Shown piece after piece: positions 12,571 to 26,039 of a stretch of DNA of 64,000 nt (positions within the stretch are counted from its first letter, which is position 1; every line of letters starts with the position of its first letter). The stretch is from Squalus acanthias (lineage: Eukaryota): contig CM059432.1 of assembly GCA_030390025.1 (NCBI GenBank), forward strand, positions 44,208,001 to 44,272,000, read 5' to 3'. The position numbers and the translations under genes were made by a program. The notes under the pieces are model-generated. The model had not been told where the DNA came from, searched no databases, and saw only the letters and a program-made list of their open reading frames with translations.

Positions 12571-14117
12571 GATTAAGTAAAACATGTTTATTTCACACTT
12601 ATTTCCTTGATGTTGTGTTTACTCCTGCACCAGTCTTTCATTCCTCGTTCATGAGTAGATAATTGTGATAGCTGTTGTCGATGAACATGGTAGGCTTGAT
12701 CATGTTAGCTGTTCACCCACTGTGTGCAACTGCAGTAGTTTCTAGAATGTCCAATTGTATGTGGTACTTTTATCATTTTGAGTCTGCTGTGAATACATAT
12801 TTTCCAAGGATATCTTGATTTGTGCCAGTTGCAACATATCCTCCATATAAATGCTGCACTTGTATACATTTCCAGTGGGATCATTCAGAATGATAAACTA
12901 ATGCACATTGCAGAGCGCACCAGGGTGAAGTATGGAGACAGCACATCAGTTGATCCTTGATACACTCATTTTAACTGAAAGATATTGAGGGGAGGCTTTC
13001 AACTGCTGGCTGCCCATTTCTCGTCTTGGGTAAGGCCTCCTGTGAACTACCCTCTACAGCTGCAACTTCCTAGACTCTTTCTTGCCTGCTCCTCCTCCTT
13101 CCAACCATAATGACATTGCAAGCACCATACCCATTGAAAACAACAACATTTTGCCAGAAATCTTCTGCTGACTCATTAAATTACTTTCACAAACAATACT
13201 CCTCAAAAGCAGCAGTCTAAATAAGCTAACCAGTGATATACTTGAGCAACTGATGACCCCTTTAAATATTATTAGAAATGTTGCCCACCAAGCTATACAT
13301 GTCCATGATTTATGTGAATGATTCAGAATTGGTATATAAGATGTCAGAGCTGAAGAAAAGGGCTGGATCCTTGTTAGCATGTTTAAATAGGAATGCTGGA
13401 CATCCCGATTCAAAGTGACAACGGCCAAATTCTAAGCACGAAATGGGCGTGCGAGATAGAAACTCAACTTTCAGTACCTTAGCACTCAGTTTTTGGAGGG
13501 AGAACCAAGTTGAAAGTGCACCCCCACCCCCCCCCCCACCCCCCACCTCCCCAGTAACTGGATTTATTACAGCAAGAATGAGTGACTACATATAAAACAG
13601 TGTAACATAGGTTGGATGCAATGAAGAAGTGAGCATTTATTGTTAGACGATAATATAAAATGATACCATAAAACAGAGACATATTGTGATAAATATACCA
13701 GAGACCGAGATTGCGATTGTTGCTTACAACGTTGCTTACCACACCACCCCGTTCAGCCAGATCAAACAATCCCTTAATTGATTAATCATTTGTTCATTGC
13801 TGACCACTTTGTCTCCAGGATTCTTTTGAAAACTGGACAGTAGCTAATTTAAAGTGACTACAAACTCCCAGAAAGAAAGGCTGGACTGAACATTGAATAT
13901 AGAATCTTCCTGAACCACTCTGGTTCGTCCTTGCCACAAGGAAAGAAGGTCCAAAAAAAGCAAAATCAAATTTATCCAGTGAAATGTCAACCAGATTCAT
14001 TATGTACACAGCCTCAAATAATCACCACTTAATTTTAGCCGATATTAGAAGTGTTGGTTCATTTTAAGAGGTTGAAAGCCCGTTCCAGGCGTCAATTTCA
14101 TCCCCAACAGTATCAAA

Positions 14118-15300
14118 AGGACTTTCAAAAGGCTTTCGATAAGGTCCCGCATAAGAGATTAGCGTGTAAAGTTAAGGCACATGGGATTGGGGGCAAGGTA
14201 TTGACTTGGATAGAGAACTGGTTGGCGGACAGAAAGCAGAGAGTAGGAATTAATGGGTCTTTTTCCGAGTGGCAAGCAGTGACTAGTGGGGTACCGCAGG
14301 GATCGGTCCCAGCTATTCACAATATACATTAATGATCTAGATAAGGGAACTAAATGTAATATCTCCAAGTTTGCAGATGACACAAAGCTGGGTGGGAGTG
14401 TGTGCTGCGAGGAGGATACCGAGAAACTCCAGGATGATTTGGACAGGTTGGGTGAGTGGGCAGAAGCGTGGCAGATGCAATATAACGTGGATAAGTGCGA
14501 GGTTATCCACTTTGGTGTCAAAAACAGAAAGGCAGACTATTATCTGAATGGCAATAGATTGGGAGAAGGGGAAGTGCAACGAGACCTGGGTGTCCTTGTG
14601 CACCAGTCGCTGAAAGTAAGCATGCAGGTGCAGCAGGCGGTGAAGAAAGCAAATGGTGTGTTGGCCTTCATAGTGAAAGGGTTTGAGTATAGGAACAGGG
14701 ATGTCCTGCTGCAGTTGTACAGGGCCTTGGTGAGACCACACCTTGAGTACTGTGTGCAGTTTTGGTCGCCTTATCTGAGGAAGGATGTTCTTGCCATGGA
14801 AGGAGTTCAGCGAAGATTCACAAGGCTGATACCTGGGATGGCAGGAATGACATATGAGGAGAGATTGGGTCGATTGGGCTTATACTCGCTGGAGTATAGA
14901 AGAATGAGAGGGGATCTCATCGAAACATATAAAATTCTGACAGGTCTGGACAAACTAGATGCAGGAAGAATGTTCCCGATGGTCGGAGAGTCCAGAACCA
15001 GGGGTCATAATCTAAGGATAACGGGTCAGCCATTTAGGACAGAAATGAGGAAGAATTTCTTCACCCAGAGAGTGGTGAACCTGTGGAATTCTCTACCACA
15101 GAAGGTAGTTGAGGCCAAGTCATTAAATATATTCAAGAATGAGTTAGATATATTTCTTAAAGCTAAAGGTATCAAGGGATATGGGGAGAAGGCAGGTACA
15201 GGGTACTGAGTTTGGATGATCAGCCATGATCTCATCGAATGGCGGAGCAGGCTCGAGGGGCCGAATGGCCTACTCCTGCTCCTATCTTCTATGTTTCTAT
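14118..15300 (+). mobile_element. Young 5'-truncated CR1 LINE with an open ORF2 C-terminus
   Basis: ORF 14286-15209 (307 aa: [26 protein letters not shown], ending GYGEKAGTGY) and tail TTCTATGTTTCTAT. Confidence 0.95.
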
Positions 15301-15638
15301 AAATCCACCAAAACGCAAAATACAGGAACTGAAACTTACCAAATATTGAAGAGTCAACACCGGACCTTGCAACTTTTCCATTCTGGTACTGTATTTAAAT
15401 AGCTGGCTGAGTTGGAATGGATTGTTAACTTTCTGCTTACACCGACTATTCGCACGAACGCGGCCCTATAAGCAATGGGGACTGTAATAAGAAACCGAGT
15501 AATACAGTGATAATGCAATATAGCAGAAACTAATGTTATATGTAATAGTGATTTACATTGTAAAAATATAACTGCACAGTGTAATACATCATTCTTCAGG
15601 GTGGGCAATCTTTCGAAGCTCAAGAGCTGGAAAAGAAT

Positions 15639-16816
15639 GGCCCGGAATTTGCAGTTGTAATGATGGAGAAACTGTCAGCAACTTCTGGCATCCGCACATG
15701 CGCAGTTAAATGCGGAAATCTGGAAGTTGCTGTCAGTGATACCCTGCTCCTCCACAGGGTGGGTTGTTGCAGTCTTCGCAGATGCAATCAACACAGAATT
15801 GGTGATTTGACGCACTATTCTCCCTGTAAAAACCATTGAAAAAGTTAAGCCTTGTTGAATGAGGTGTAACTGAGTTTTTAACAACGTACTATGTCAAAAT
15901 TACTGCTGAACAGCCTCTCTGGCCCTGAAAAATTAATTTTAGAAGTTTGGAATGTCATTCCCTCCATTCCATGATGATAATTCCATAAATGTTTAAAATA
16001 ATAAAAATTATGTTTTATTTTGAGAATATAAGAGCATAGGAACATAAGAATTAGGAGCAGGAGTAGGCCATATGGCTCCTCGAGCCTGCTCCGCCATTCA
16101 CTAAGATCATGGCTGATCTTCAACCTCAACTCCACTTTCCTGCCCGATCCCCATATCCCTTGATTCCCCCAGAGTCCAAAAATCTATCTATCTCAGCCTT
16201 GAATATACTCAACAATTCAGCATCCACAGCCCTTTGGGGTAGAGAATTCCAAAGATTTACAACCCTCAGTGAAGAAATTCCTCCTCATCTCAGTCTTAAA
16301 TGGCCAACCCTTATCCTGAGACTATGCCCCCTAGTTCTAGACTCTCCAGCCAGGGAAAACAACCTCTCATCATCTGCCCTGTCAATTCCTCTCAGAATCT
16401 TGTATGTTTCAATGAGATCACCTCTCATTCTTCTAAACTTCAGTGAGTATAGGCTCATAGGGCAATCCTCTCATCCCAGGATTTTATTTTTGTAAAGTTT
16501 CTTTGATATTTCAGCTTCTACCTTAATCCCATGCATATGCCCCAATCTTTATTTCGCCCTCTGTAAAATGATTAAAAAGTGAATGATAATCAGTGCTTTT
16601 TACTTCTTGGTTTCCTGTCTGTGAAAATTCTTCAATTTGATTGGCTGCTCAGCCCACTTGATAACTTCACAGATCCTCTATAGATGGCGGCAGAATGAAA
16701 TTGACATCGTAATAGGCGAAATCAACACCACACAGCCTGCTAAGTCTTTGTGGGCAGCTTTCTTCGAGGTCAGCAGCAAGCCCCATCACTTCGCTGCTGA
16801 CTGCAAAATCCGGGCT
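15639..16816. mobile_element. Non-autonomous Harbinger-type element with a CR1 insert (about 16027-16480, minus strand)
   Basis: TIRs GGCCCGGAATTTGCAGT / ACTGCAAAATCCGGGCT with AAT on both flanks. Same family as 41290-41838. Confidence 0.8.
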
Positions 16817-17669
16817 AATAATTTAACTTGACAAACAGCTGCAAATGTTCAGGTCTTTTATGTTATGGCTTGAGTTAGAGATGTGATGGCAAAAATGGAT
16901 TCCCTCTGCTATCAATTGTACAGTGGCCCAGCCAGTTATATTCATGAGTGCTGCTAAGCGAACACCCTGAGTATCGTGCATCCGTAGTCAATCATTAATT
17001 TATTATATTATTATTGCTTATGTTCATTTAAACCATTTTTGAAGGAGTAGGGACAGCGCAAAACATGGATGAGTAGTTTATCTATATTCTACTACATCTT
17101 ATTTATGTTCTACAGTTTTGCTAACAGTAGCGAAGACGGGAATTTTGGCTTTCAGATGTTTTTAACGTATCTGTTGCTGCAGTACCTGTGTAAATAAAGG
17201 TTGCTAGAAATACCACAAGTATTGTGGATAAATTAGAAAAGTCCTACACAAATTTTGGATATCAAAAACTCCCTAGTTTTTTCTATTAATGCAGCCCTCT
17301 CTGCAAAAGGGGCGAATTATGATTTTCCCCTCTTCCCACATGCACAAGAAAAATGTCTACGCCTACAAGACAACTAAAGTACTGTGGATATGGGGTTTAT
17401 TTTTGAGCCAGGTATGGCTGCTGCTTCATGTGATATTGGAGTCAGAAAGAAACTACATTTAAAGACAGTCCTTTGGGAGGATTTTTCAGGTAAAGCAACC
17501 TTTTATAGTTTAAAGAAATAATTTTATTATACCTTTGAGGGGAAATCATTGAATTTCTTAATTTGCTGGCAGCCTGTTGCAGACTCATCTTATTTGGTGT
17601 CTCATTTCGAAAAGAACTGCTCTGCATGTGATAGATTCAGCACTGAGTAATTTTTGTTAAGAAATTTGA

Positions 17670-19893
17670 TACTTGTGTGCTGGCCGTTACCGCTGGTTTG
17701 TTGCAAATAAATGGCGGCCCCCTCTGGCATGGGACACAGCGGCCGCCATTTTGGTAAGGGCCGTAGCGCTGCTCTTGACGGTGCTGGCTCCTGAAATGTA
17801 AATGAGCAGAACGTGACGTCAATCGGCGTGCAACGCTGACTTGATGCCACATCTGCAAATTTCAATGTTCTCACTCTGTTTAATGTTGGGTACTAAGCAC
17901 ACTCAGAAAAGTGCGAGAAGCAGCCCTGCAGAGACACTGTCAGTGCTTCTTAAAGGGACACAGACATCTTTCAGTAAGTTTGGATTTAAGCTTTTGGGCT
18001 TTTCTAATATTTTATTGAAGTAGTGGCTTGGTGCAATAGATGTTACAAGTTTTTTTAAGTGTGAAGGGCATTCAGGGAGTGCTGCTGGACACTTGCAAGG
18101 CTTCGGATAGGTAAAGGAAGGCCTCTGAGAAGACAGAAAATGCTGGAACTACTCAGCAGGTTAGGCAGCATTCGTGGAAAGAGAAACAGAGTTCACGTTT
18201 CAGGTCGAGATGCTGCCTGACCTGAGTATTTCCAGCATTTTCTGCTTTTATTTCAGATTTCCAGCATCCACTCGCAGAGAGAAGAGGAGGACGCAGAAGA
18301 GGAAGAATGAAAGCCAGAGAGCCCCTTTCTGGTCGGGATATCCAGGATGCAATCATCCACCTGTGGTACCAGTGATCACAACCCCAAGTCCCCTTTCAAC
18401 ATTTGTCCCATGCCTTACCTGCCCACTGTTACTGACCATCACAGCATCCTCTTGGCCACAATGCTGAAATAAAAGCCACCACAAAGCAAACTTTCCAATC
18501 CAACTTTAGACATCTATCCATCCAATATGACAACAAGAAATCAACTAATCACCCTTGTGCATTCCCATAGTGACTGTCTTGTATGTTCCTTCGCCTATCC
18601 TAGTGATGTCACACAGTGCTACCCTAGTGGCTTCAGCGTGGCTGGTGGAAAGCTGCTGACTTTCAGTAGGGGGCACTGCAGATGGCCCTGCAGGACCACC
18701 TCGAGGACCTGGTGGCTGGGAGTGTGAAATTGAGTGATGACGTTTCTTCTTCTTTACCCTCCTCTCCCTCTTCTTGATCAAGCACTGGCTGGGCAGGCTG
18801 GATTTCTTGGGTGTGTGAAATGAGGAAGGCACAAGGGTAGAGTTGTGGTGAGGGGAGGGCAGGAAAACAAGAGCTGCATGCTTACACCATGTGCACCTTG
18901 TAAATCAGAAGAGATTGTGGGATGAGGGGCAAGTGGAATGTGAGGAGGAGGATAACGTATGATGATACCAGCAACTTGTATCCTTTCAGCCCCGCCACTG
19001 GCCAAGGGCTCAGCCATGCCCAGCCATGAATTTCCAGCACTGTCTCCTCCAAGGGTGTGAGGTGAAGCTAGGAATGTGAGGTGTGCCTCGTGATTGGTAC
19101 AGATTGATGGTAGGTGAGTGATGGTGGCGTGGGGGGAGTCATGCAATGAGCATTGCGTGAGGCTAGTGGTGCAGTTGGTAGGAGACAGCTTTTGAAGATG
19201 CATTCACTAGTCTGAGGTCATGAAGCTTCTTTGGGCACTGGAGTTAGGTTGTGGGGGTGACACTGCTGGCTTGATGGCCTTGGTGATCTGGTCCCACTTC
19301 ATTCTTTTTGAAGGGCCTCCTGGCCCCTGTGGGTAGAGGACCTCTCTTGCAGTGTTGACCCCCTGCACAAAGCTGGAGTGCTGTGTGCGTGACCCTTGGT
19401 GTTCCTTCCCTGGCTTATTGAGCCATTCTTGTTATTTTATTGCTGAAGCGCTTTTACCATTTTTTTTCCATGCAGAAGGCAGTTCAGCTTTAAGAGCTGA
19501 AGATTGCCATTTGGGAATTATTTTTAATGTTTATTTTTTTTGAAGGTTGTTGAGCTCTAAGGGCTAAAGACTGCCTATTTTAAATTATTTTTATTTTTTT
19601 CATTTTAGGAGGCAGTTCCCTTTTAAGGGACCGACACTGCTTTCTAAAATAACAGGCTAGCTTTAAGACAATGTTGCTCTTGCTGCAGGGATGCTACGGC
19701 CACGCTACATTGGGCCTCCTGCTGAGACTACCACCGGAAAACCAGTGTTGCACTCCAGGTTTTGCGTTGCGCTAATTTAAATTAGCAGGCAGCACCAAAA
19801 TACCGGTGCTGCCTGCGCTATTATTTCGAGTGGCCGTTAACTTTGGCCTACGGTGGCACCGGCAGGTTTCCAGCCTATCCCAATTTTTAGGCC
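17670..19893. mobile_element. Internally deleted Harbinger element with a Myb-like gene remnant on the minus strand
   Basis: Minus strand QCPKKLHDL at about 19215-19240; right end CAATTTTTAGGCC. Left boundary approximate. Confidence 0.6.
18134..18270. repeat. Short fold-back repeat, probably a Penelope-like terminal remnant
   Basis: CAGAAAATGCTGGAACTACTCAG..GGCAGCAT is inverted with ATGCTGCC..CTGAGTATTTCCAGCATTTTCTG. Family assignment from recall only. Confidence 0.5.
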
Positions 19894-20585
19894 TTGATCA
19901 GCAACTTCAGAATTTAAATAAAATCTAAATGAGAGACACAGTTTCACAGTGAAATTATTTAAGTTGCAAAAAATGGGCCTTTTCAGAAACCAGCTCTGAG
20001 TTGCAAGCGCTTACAATCAATAGCATAAGTCTAAGATCATACACAGCAGAAACACTTTAAAGATTGCCATTTTATGACCACCAATCACTGTTCACTTACA
20101 TTGTCCTTCACATGCTTAAATTGCAGAATTAATTACATTTTTCATTAAGATTTATAATTTTGGATGCTATAATGGTTGCCTAAACAATTCCATTTTGGTT
20201 GTGACTGCAAAATTAAAACTAACATGAATGTTTTCCAGTGTATTTCTACTATCTCAAAAAAGGTACAATTACTAGTCTATAATACTCCAGTTGATTATTT
20301 ACTTCAAAAAATGTTGAATGTGAAACATATGTAATTTTTTAGTTGTGCATTTATTACATTTGTGATGTTACTTGCTTGAATGCTGAAAAAGGTAAAGAAG
20401 CACCATAGAGTAAATAAATTGAAACCTAATCTGGTAAGAGTTTGGAAGGGCACTCTAGAGATTTCCAGTTCTTCAACTATTGCATCCCCCAACTGAAATT
20501 TTGAATGGAAGTGAGAAAACTCAAAATAAAATGGTAGAGAATTGTGTATTAATAATCTGTTAATTTTAATTTACCTCTCCATTAG

Positions 20586-20659
20586 ATTCTGCTGTATGTG
20601 TTGATTACCTACCACCGGTTTTACATCAAAATGAAGTTTCATGGAATGAAGAGAACTGG
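20586..20659 (+). CDS. C8orf88: C8orf88 orthologue coding exon 2 ((D)SAVCVDYLPPVLHQNEVSWNEENW)
   Basis: Pyrimidine tract plus attag acceptor and GTATGA donor. 74 bp, phase 1 to phase 0, exactly linking the neighbouring exons, in non-repetitive DNA. Little sequence similarity to human. Confidence 0.65.
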
Positions 20660-21324
20660 GTATGATCAATTCCATTTGTAAGATGCTTTTCTATGATCCT
20701 GTATCTTGGCCAAAATAATTTAGTTCATTTCTATTTGATGATTTAGAATGATGAAAATTATAGATATGTTCAGCTTTTGCAGGTTGTTGAAAAGGACGCC
20801 GAGTGACAGTATTTTAGTTTCTCTGGTGGCAAGTCCTTTTTTTCCAACAAATGAACTGAGTAAAGTTGCCATAAAGCTTTCTGGATCTTTTTCTTAGTTT
20901 AAGACTTTGAAAGCTAAATAATTCTTGCAGATGTGGGTAACCCATATTCTGTGTTTCTCCCAAATATGCTGCTGAGATGCATTGTATACAGCTGTTTGGT
21001 TTTTACCTTAGAATTTGAAGGAATGAGATGATGTTTTTTTTTTAAAACAAGAAACAACCATTTAACATCAACAACATGCATTTATATAGATATAAGATAA
21101 TATAAGAAGTGTCCTCAGTTGTTTCACAAATACTGATAAGGAAAATAGACTCTGAGGCAGGAACGTAAAGGTTAAGAGTGGTGACATAAAACTTGGTCAC
21201 AGTTTATTATGGTACCACTTCCAAATTTTAAGGACAAAAAATTTGAATAAGTCTTTTTATCTGTGACGTCCGTCAAATAATCTTTATCTCTTTAGATGAA
21301 ACATAACACTGTAATATATATTTA

Positions 21325-22051
21325 GGGGGAAAAATTGAGTCGCGCCCCCTTTGGGGTGCTAACTTCGCCGGGGCACTACTTTTAGCGCCCCGAAAAAATT
21401 AGTGCCTCCGCGGCCGGAATTCATCGTTAGCGCCCCAAGAGGGAAGCGGGGTGCTACTGGAAGCGCCCCGCCTCCCTCTTGGGGCGCTGTGAGGGAATAT
21501 CGCGGTGCTACGTGCCACAGCGCTGTGGCACATCGTGCCGCGGTACTGCAGGCCTTCCTCCCCTTCTTAAAGGGGAGGGGCCTTGCGCAGCGCGACCCGG
21601 GGCCCAGCTGGGCCACCAGGGATCAGGAGTGCCGGCAAAAGAGCCCGGCACTCAAGAGAAGTGCTGGGCTCATGGAGCGCAGCCGGCACTCCGCGGGGGG
21701 GGGCTGCTCAGGAGGCCAGGGACGGCAACGGGGGCAGGTGCTGGCAGGTGGCCAGCAACAAAAATGGCCGCCAACACCTTGCCTTTAATTAGTGCCGCCC
21801 CGGCCGCAGGTAGGCCCCCCTGACCCCGTCGGATGTAAGTCAGGGGGTGCTACCGAAGATCACGGCCGGGGCGCGAGCGGGGCGCTGCGCACGGCAATTA
21901 TGTCATCGCCGGCGGCGCAGCACTGCGGGGCGCTAATCGTTACTGTTGCCGCTAACCTCCTGCTGAATTTCACGGGAGGCGTTGGCGGCACCGTGACCAT
22001 GCGATAGTTGCTTTGCGCCCCGTTAGTGCAAAGCAACCGAATTTTTCCCCA
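21325..22051. mobile_element. GC/CpG-rich non-autonomous Harbinger-type element
   Basis: TIRs GGGGAAAAATT / AATTTTTCCCC with TTA on both flanks; many TAGCGCCCC-like subterminal repeats. Related to 46202-46988. Confidence 0.75.
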
Positions 22052-22254
22052 TTAAAGTCTTGTGTATTGCGGCCTTTTTTGCCCATATTAAGCTTATACT
22101 TTTTATATTTTATAATAGGCACTCCTGTTTGTCTTTCACATTGTAGTTGCTTGCTTTCTGCTACTAGATGGCATAGTGGTGCAAGTCATTCCAATCTGCT
22201 CACCATTTTTTTCTCTTGATTTTTAAGTGCTTTCTTCAGCATTTTTAGATCTTT

Positions 22255-22733
22255 TAACTCGCATCAAGTCCCGTTCACCCATCACCCCTGTGCTCGCTGA
22301 CCTACATTGGCTCCTGGTTAAGCAGCGCCTCGATTTCAAAATTTTCATCCTTGTTTTCAAATCCCTCCATGGCCTCGGCCCTCCCTATCTCTGTAATCGC
22401 CTTTAGCCCCACAACCTCCCCCCCGAGATATCTGCGCTCCACTAATTCTGCCCTCTTGAGCATCCCGGATTATAATCGCTCAATTTTGGTGGCCGTGCCT
22501 TCTGTTGCCTAGGCCCTAAGCTCTGGAATTCCCAGCCTAAACCTGTCCGTCTCACTACCTCTCTTTCCTCTTTTAAGACGCTCCTTAAAACCTACCTCTT
22601 TGACCAAGCTTTTGGTCACGTGCCCTAATTTATCCTTATGTGGATCGGTGTCAAATTTTTTGTCTTAAAATACTCCTGTGCAGCATCTTGTGACGTTTTA
22701 CTACGTTAAAGGTGCTATATAAATACAAGTTGT
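22255..22733 (+). mobile_element. L2-clade LINE 3' end
   Basis: SPITPVLADLHWLLVKQRLDFKI..GGRAFCCLGPKLWNS; tail GGTGCTATATAAATACAAGTTGTT. Confidence 0.88.
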
Positions 22734-22804
22734 TTAAAACTCTGTTTTTTTGGGTACCCAGGAGTCCCCTCCCCCTAGCGGTCCTCTCACCAGCACAACT
22801 CTTT

Positions 22805-23170
22805 TCATAGAATTTTACAGTACAGAAAGAGACCATTCGGCCTGTGCCAGCTCTCTGAAAGAGCTATCCAATTCAACCCAATCATTTAAGAAAAAAATCT
22901 ATTATTTATTCACTTCCCTTTTAAAAACTATTATAGATTTTCTTCTATGTTCTAACAGCAATTTGTACAACAAAATTCTCCTGATATTTTCCTTTTTGTT
23001 TTTTGGTAGTGCACTTTTTTGCCTCTAGTTACTGACTTGCCAACCAGTGGAAATAGTTTTATTCCCAATTTGCCTTATCAAAACCCTGTAATTTTGAATA
23101 CCTCTACCTGATCTCGTAACCTTCTTTGTTCTAATTAAAAGTGCCCCAATTCTCTACTCTTTCTTTATAA
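22805..23170 (-). mobile_element. Degraded CR1 3' fragment
   Basis: CATAGAATTTTACAGTACAGAAAGAGACCATTCGGCC tail. Confidence 0.6.
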
Positions 23171-23549
23171 CAAGAGCCAGCCTATTTTTTTTTAGTTGAA
23201 TTAGAAGGGTGTCAGCCTTCAGCCTGTGAGAATTTGTGATTTTATTTGCTCTTCCAAAACACTTTGAAACAAACTAGAGATTGGATTCTCAAAGCTCTAT
23301 TTCAGGCAAGTTTCACATTTAAAATTGTTTTTAGCCATTTATGCCATTTCTCCGGGTGTTTCGCTGATTTTGTGCCAAAGTTATGGCAGGTGATCTGGTG
23401 AACTCCTGCAGAAATTCCGGGTGTTAATCTGTGATTGGATTTTGCTCCCTGCATTAGTTCTTGTTGCTATGGAGGGTATCATTTTTTTTTCTTGAGTCTT
23501 TCCCCACAATTGATGTTTGCTGCTAGTATTGAAGTTGCAGCAAACAAAT

Positions 23550-25330
23550 TATGAGGATAGGAATTTATTTAGGTCTTCCTATAGAACTCCACGATTTAGA
23601 GGAGGAGGAGAAGTTCAGGAGGAGATGCCAAATATGGGTGCCATTACACCTGAACATTAATTATGCATCCATCATTATCCCAGAACCCACATTTCTAAAC
23701 CATGACTTGTCTACCTGGGCGTGTCAGGTGAGACCTGTCTTCACGGTATCTGCTTCACTCGAAAGGCTTTTAGAGAGAGAGCTATTCCATCTACTCTAGG
23801 CTTGCCTGCAGACAGTTTCTACCACATGAATGGCTCTTTCAGTACTTCTGACAGTTACCATAGCATTAAGCTCTTATGATACCCTTCCAAGTCACCACAG
23901 ACCACATTTGCCAGATCAGCTTTCAGCCCAAAGATGCATCAAGCGAGGGATAGATGCTGTGTTTCTAAGGCGCAGCACCTTCATCACATTCTATGTGGAA
24001 AGGAGGCACACAATTTTAGCCAGGTATCAGAGTTCCTAATAGTCCAGAACATAATAGGTAGCACCCATGTGGGCATCAACCACACAGCCTCCGTGAACAG
24101 AGGGGTTGCTATTCCATTAATGTTGAGGTAATGTTTGACCACTTATGCAGGTAGCTCTCATAATGAATGTGGCAGTCCACAATGCCTGTTATTTGAAGGC
24201 TCAGATGGCTGCTGGGAAACCAAGGTTATCCATTCAGACTGATGATTCCACTGAGGAAACTGCTGAACAGCAGCAGCATGTAAATACAAGTTACTCATCC
24301 CTCAACCAGAATTGCTATAGAGCACACCATTGGGATGCTAAAGAAAAGATTTGCTGTTTGAACCACTCAGGTGGGTTACTCCTATATAGCCCAGCAAAGG
24401 TGTCCAAAATAATCATGGTCTGCTGCATGCCACATAAATTCATAAAAGTAAGAGGAGTAGGCATACAGCAGGATAAATGGAAGAAGTAGAGGTGCAGCTG
24501 GGTAGATTGTTTCAGCAAGCAATTCCAGGAATTTCCAAATCCAATCCCTGCACAAGTATTGCAGATGAACGAAACACCACAACATGTTGTACTATCTATC
24601 TCCTTTCTCTTAACTGTTACTTCACTATCCTACCAACACTTCTCAACACTAAGGAGAAATAAAGTGCTCAAATTATTTGATGTTTCTAGTGGTGACTGCT
24701 GTACTTCCTTTTGATAACTCTATGATCTAGTGCCTTACCTGCCACTCTATCTAAGTACTCCTGCAGTGGGATCAGAAAGTGTGGCGGCAGACCTCTGTTG
24801 TACATTGTGGGCCTCGAGATGGAGGTGGTTTTGCATCTAAAGGTGCAAGGTCATTAGATGGCTCCATTACAGCTGGAGCCATGTCTCTGGCAGCCAGTGC
24901 CTGCTCACCACATGACACTTCTTCAGTCATTTGTGTGGAGTTTGCTGGGTTGGATGAATGTGTGGTTACCTGCAGAGGAAGTTGCCTCATTGATCCCTTC
25001 TCCTGCCATGCTCCATGTAGGATGACTTGCAAGCTGAGTGAGAGAAGACTATAGGGTATCACCTGAGGAATGTGAATCCCAACATCAGAGCTCTGATTTC
25101 CCACCCTGCCAAATAAAGCAATGACCAACTACTGTAATTTGGAGTTGAAGTTCTCCATAGCCCCATTTGTGAGAGAAACTACCCAAGCTTGTTCCATCTG
25201 TCCTTTGGCAGTCCAGTACAGAGGGCCTTGAAGTGCCACGTTGTGGTGAATTGCATTTGTGAAAATCCTTGTTACACTATTACTGAGAAGTCAGAGGTGG
25301 ACGTGAGGCCTGTGGAATTGGGCAGGTAGG
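23550..25330 (+). mobile_element. Highly degraded Harbinger element (transposase on +, partner-gene remnant on -)
   Basis: Residual VTIALSSY, IIGSTHV and CCLNHSGGLLLYSPAKVSKIIMVCCMPH matching the HARBI1-like motifs at 26040-27150. Confidence 0.55.
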
Positions 25331-25574
25331 ACTCTGTACTTGGCACTGAACTCCCGATTCTGCAGAAGTAGTAGTTTTAGCAGTTTTTCAGGCCGCGCTT
25401 CTATCATACTCTGACTTAATTGATAGTTACAAAATTATATTAATTAATTATAATTAGCCACATGATGAATTTCCCATGGTTGTCTGCAGTGCAGCTCCTG
25501 CTTTGTTTACTAGAAGACCTCCTAACTGGTAGTTTTCAGGCACCAAACAGCTTTCTAACCTTCCAATATGACAA

Positions 25575-25637
25575 CCAGGAAATGTGTGCACATTTCTAGC
25601 CAGGAAGTGTGTGCACATTTCTAGCCAGGAAGTGTGT
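25575..25637. repeat. 25-bp tandem repeat (2.5 copies) containing a palindrome
   Basis: Unit CCAGGAA(A/G)TGTGTGCACATTTCTAG at 25575, 25600 and 25625. Confidence 0.85.
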
Positions 25638-26039
25638 TGCTCGCCATACTGGATCGGGCTTCTCCAGAAGCGTCCAGAGCTCACACGAGAAGAATTTAAG
25701 AGTGAATAACTTATTTAAATTATGGTCCTGCGCTTCTTGCAGGACCCTTTTCCAGTTTTGGTATGCCCCAGTGCCTGATTTGTCACGTGCTGAACTCGCC
25801 CAGCAATACGTGACGCTAACCGGCTGGAAAGACCCCTCATCAGTGCTATTTAAAGAGATCAAGCGGAACTTACAGGTTAGTTGCTGGTTTGCCATTTCAG
25901 ACTGCTGGTTAACTTGGGCCTCTTTTGTCGTGTTTTATTACTCTGGAAAGTTCACTTTGTCTGAAAAGAACTAGATTTTGCTGGTGTTGCACTGTTGTTG
26001 GCTGCCTCATAGACAGTTTGACTGCAGTCGTGGGTGGTT

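Noticed and set aside
14286..15209. Host protein-coding gene (307-aa ORF; likewise 29962-30696 and 62337-63233)
   Set aside because: 5'-truncated CR1 ORF2 fragments with many paralogous copies in the window.
20783..20828. Extra exon after the ttttgcag acceptor
   Set aside because: In phase with exon 2 it gives VVEKDAE then stop. The alternative open frame (ILLYVL..LLKRTPSDSIL) is incompatible with the exon 1 phase, and there is no strong GT donor.
25575..25637. CRISPR-like array
   Set aside because: Contiguous tandem units with no spacers, in a vertebrate context.
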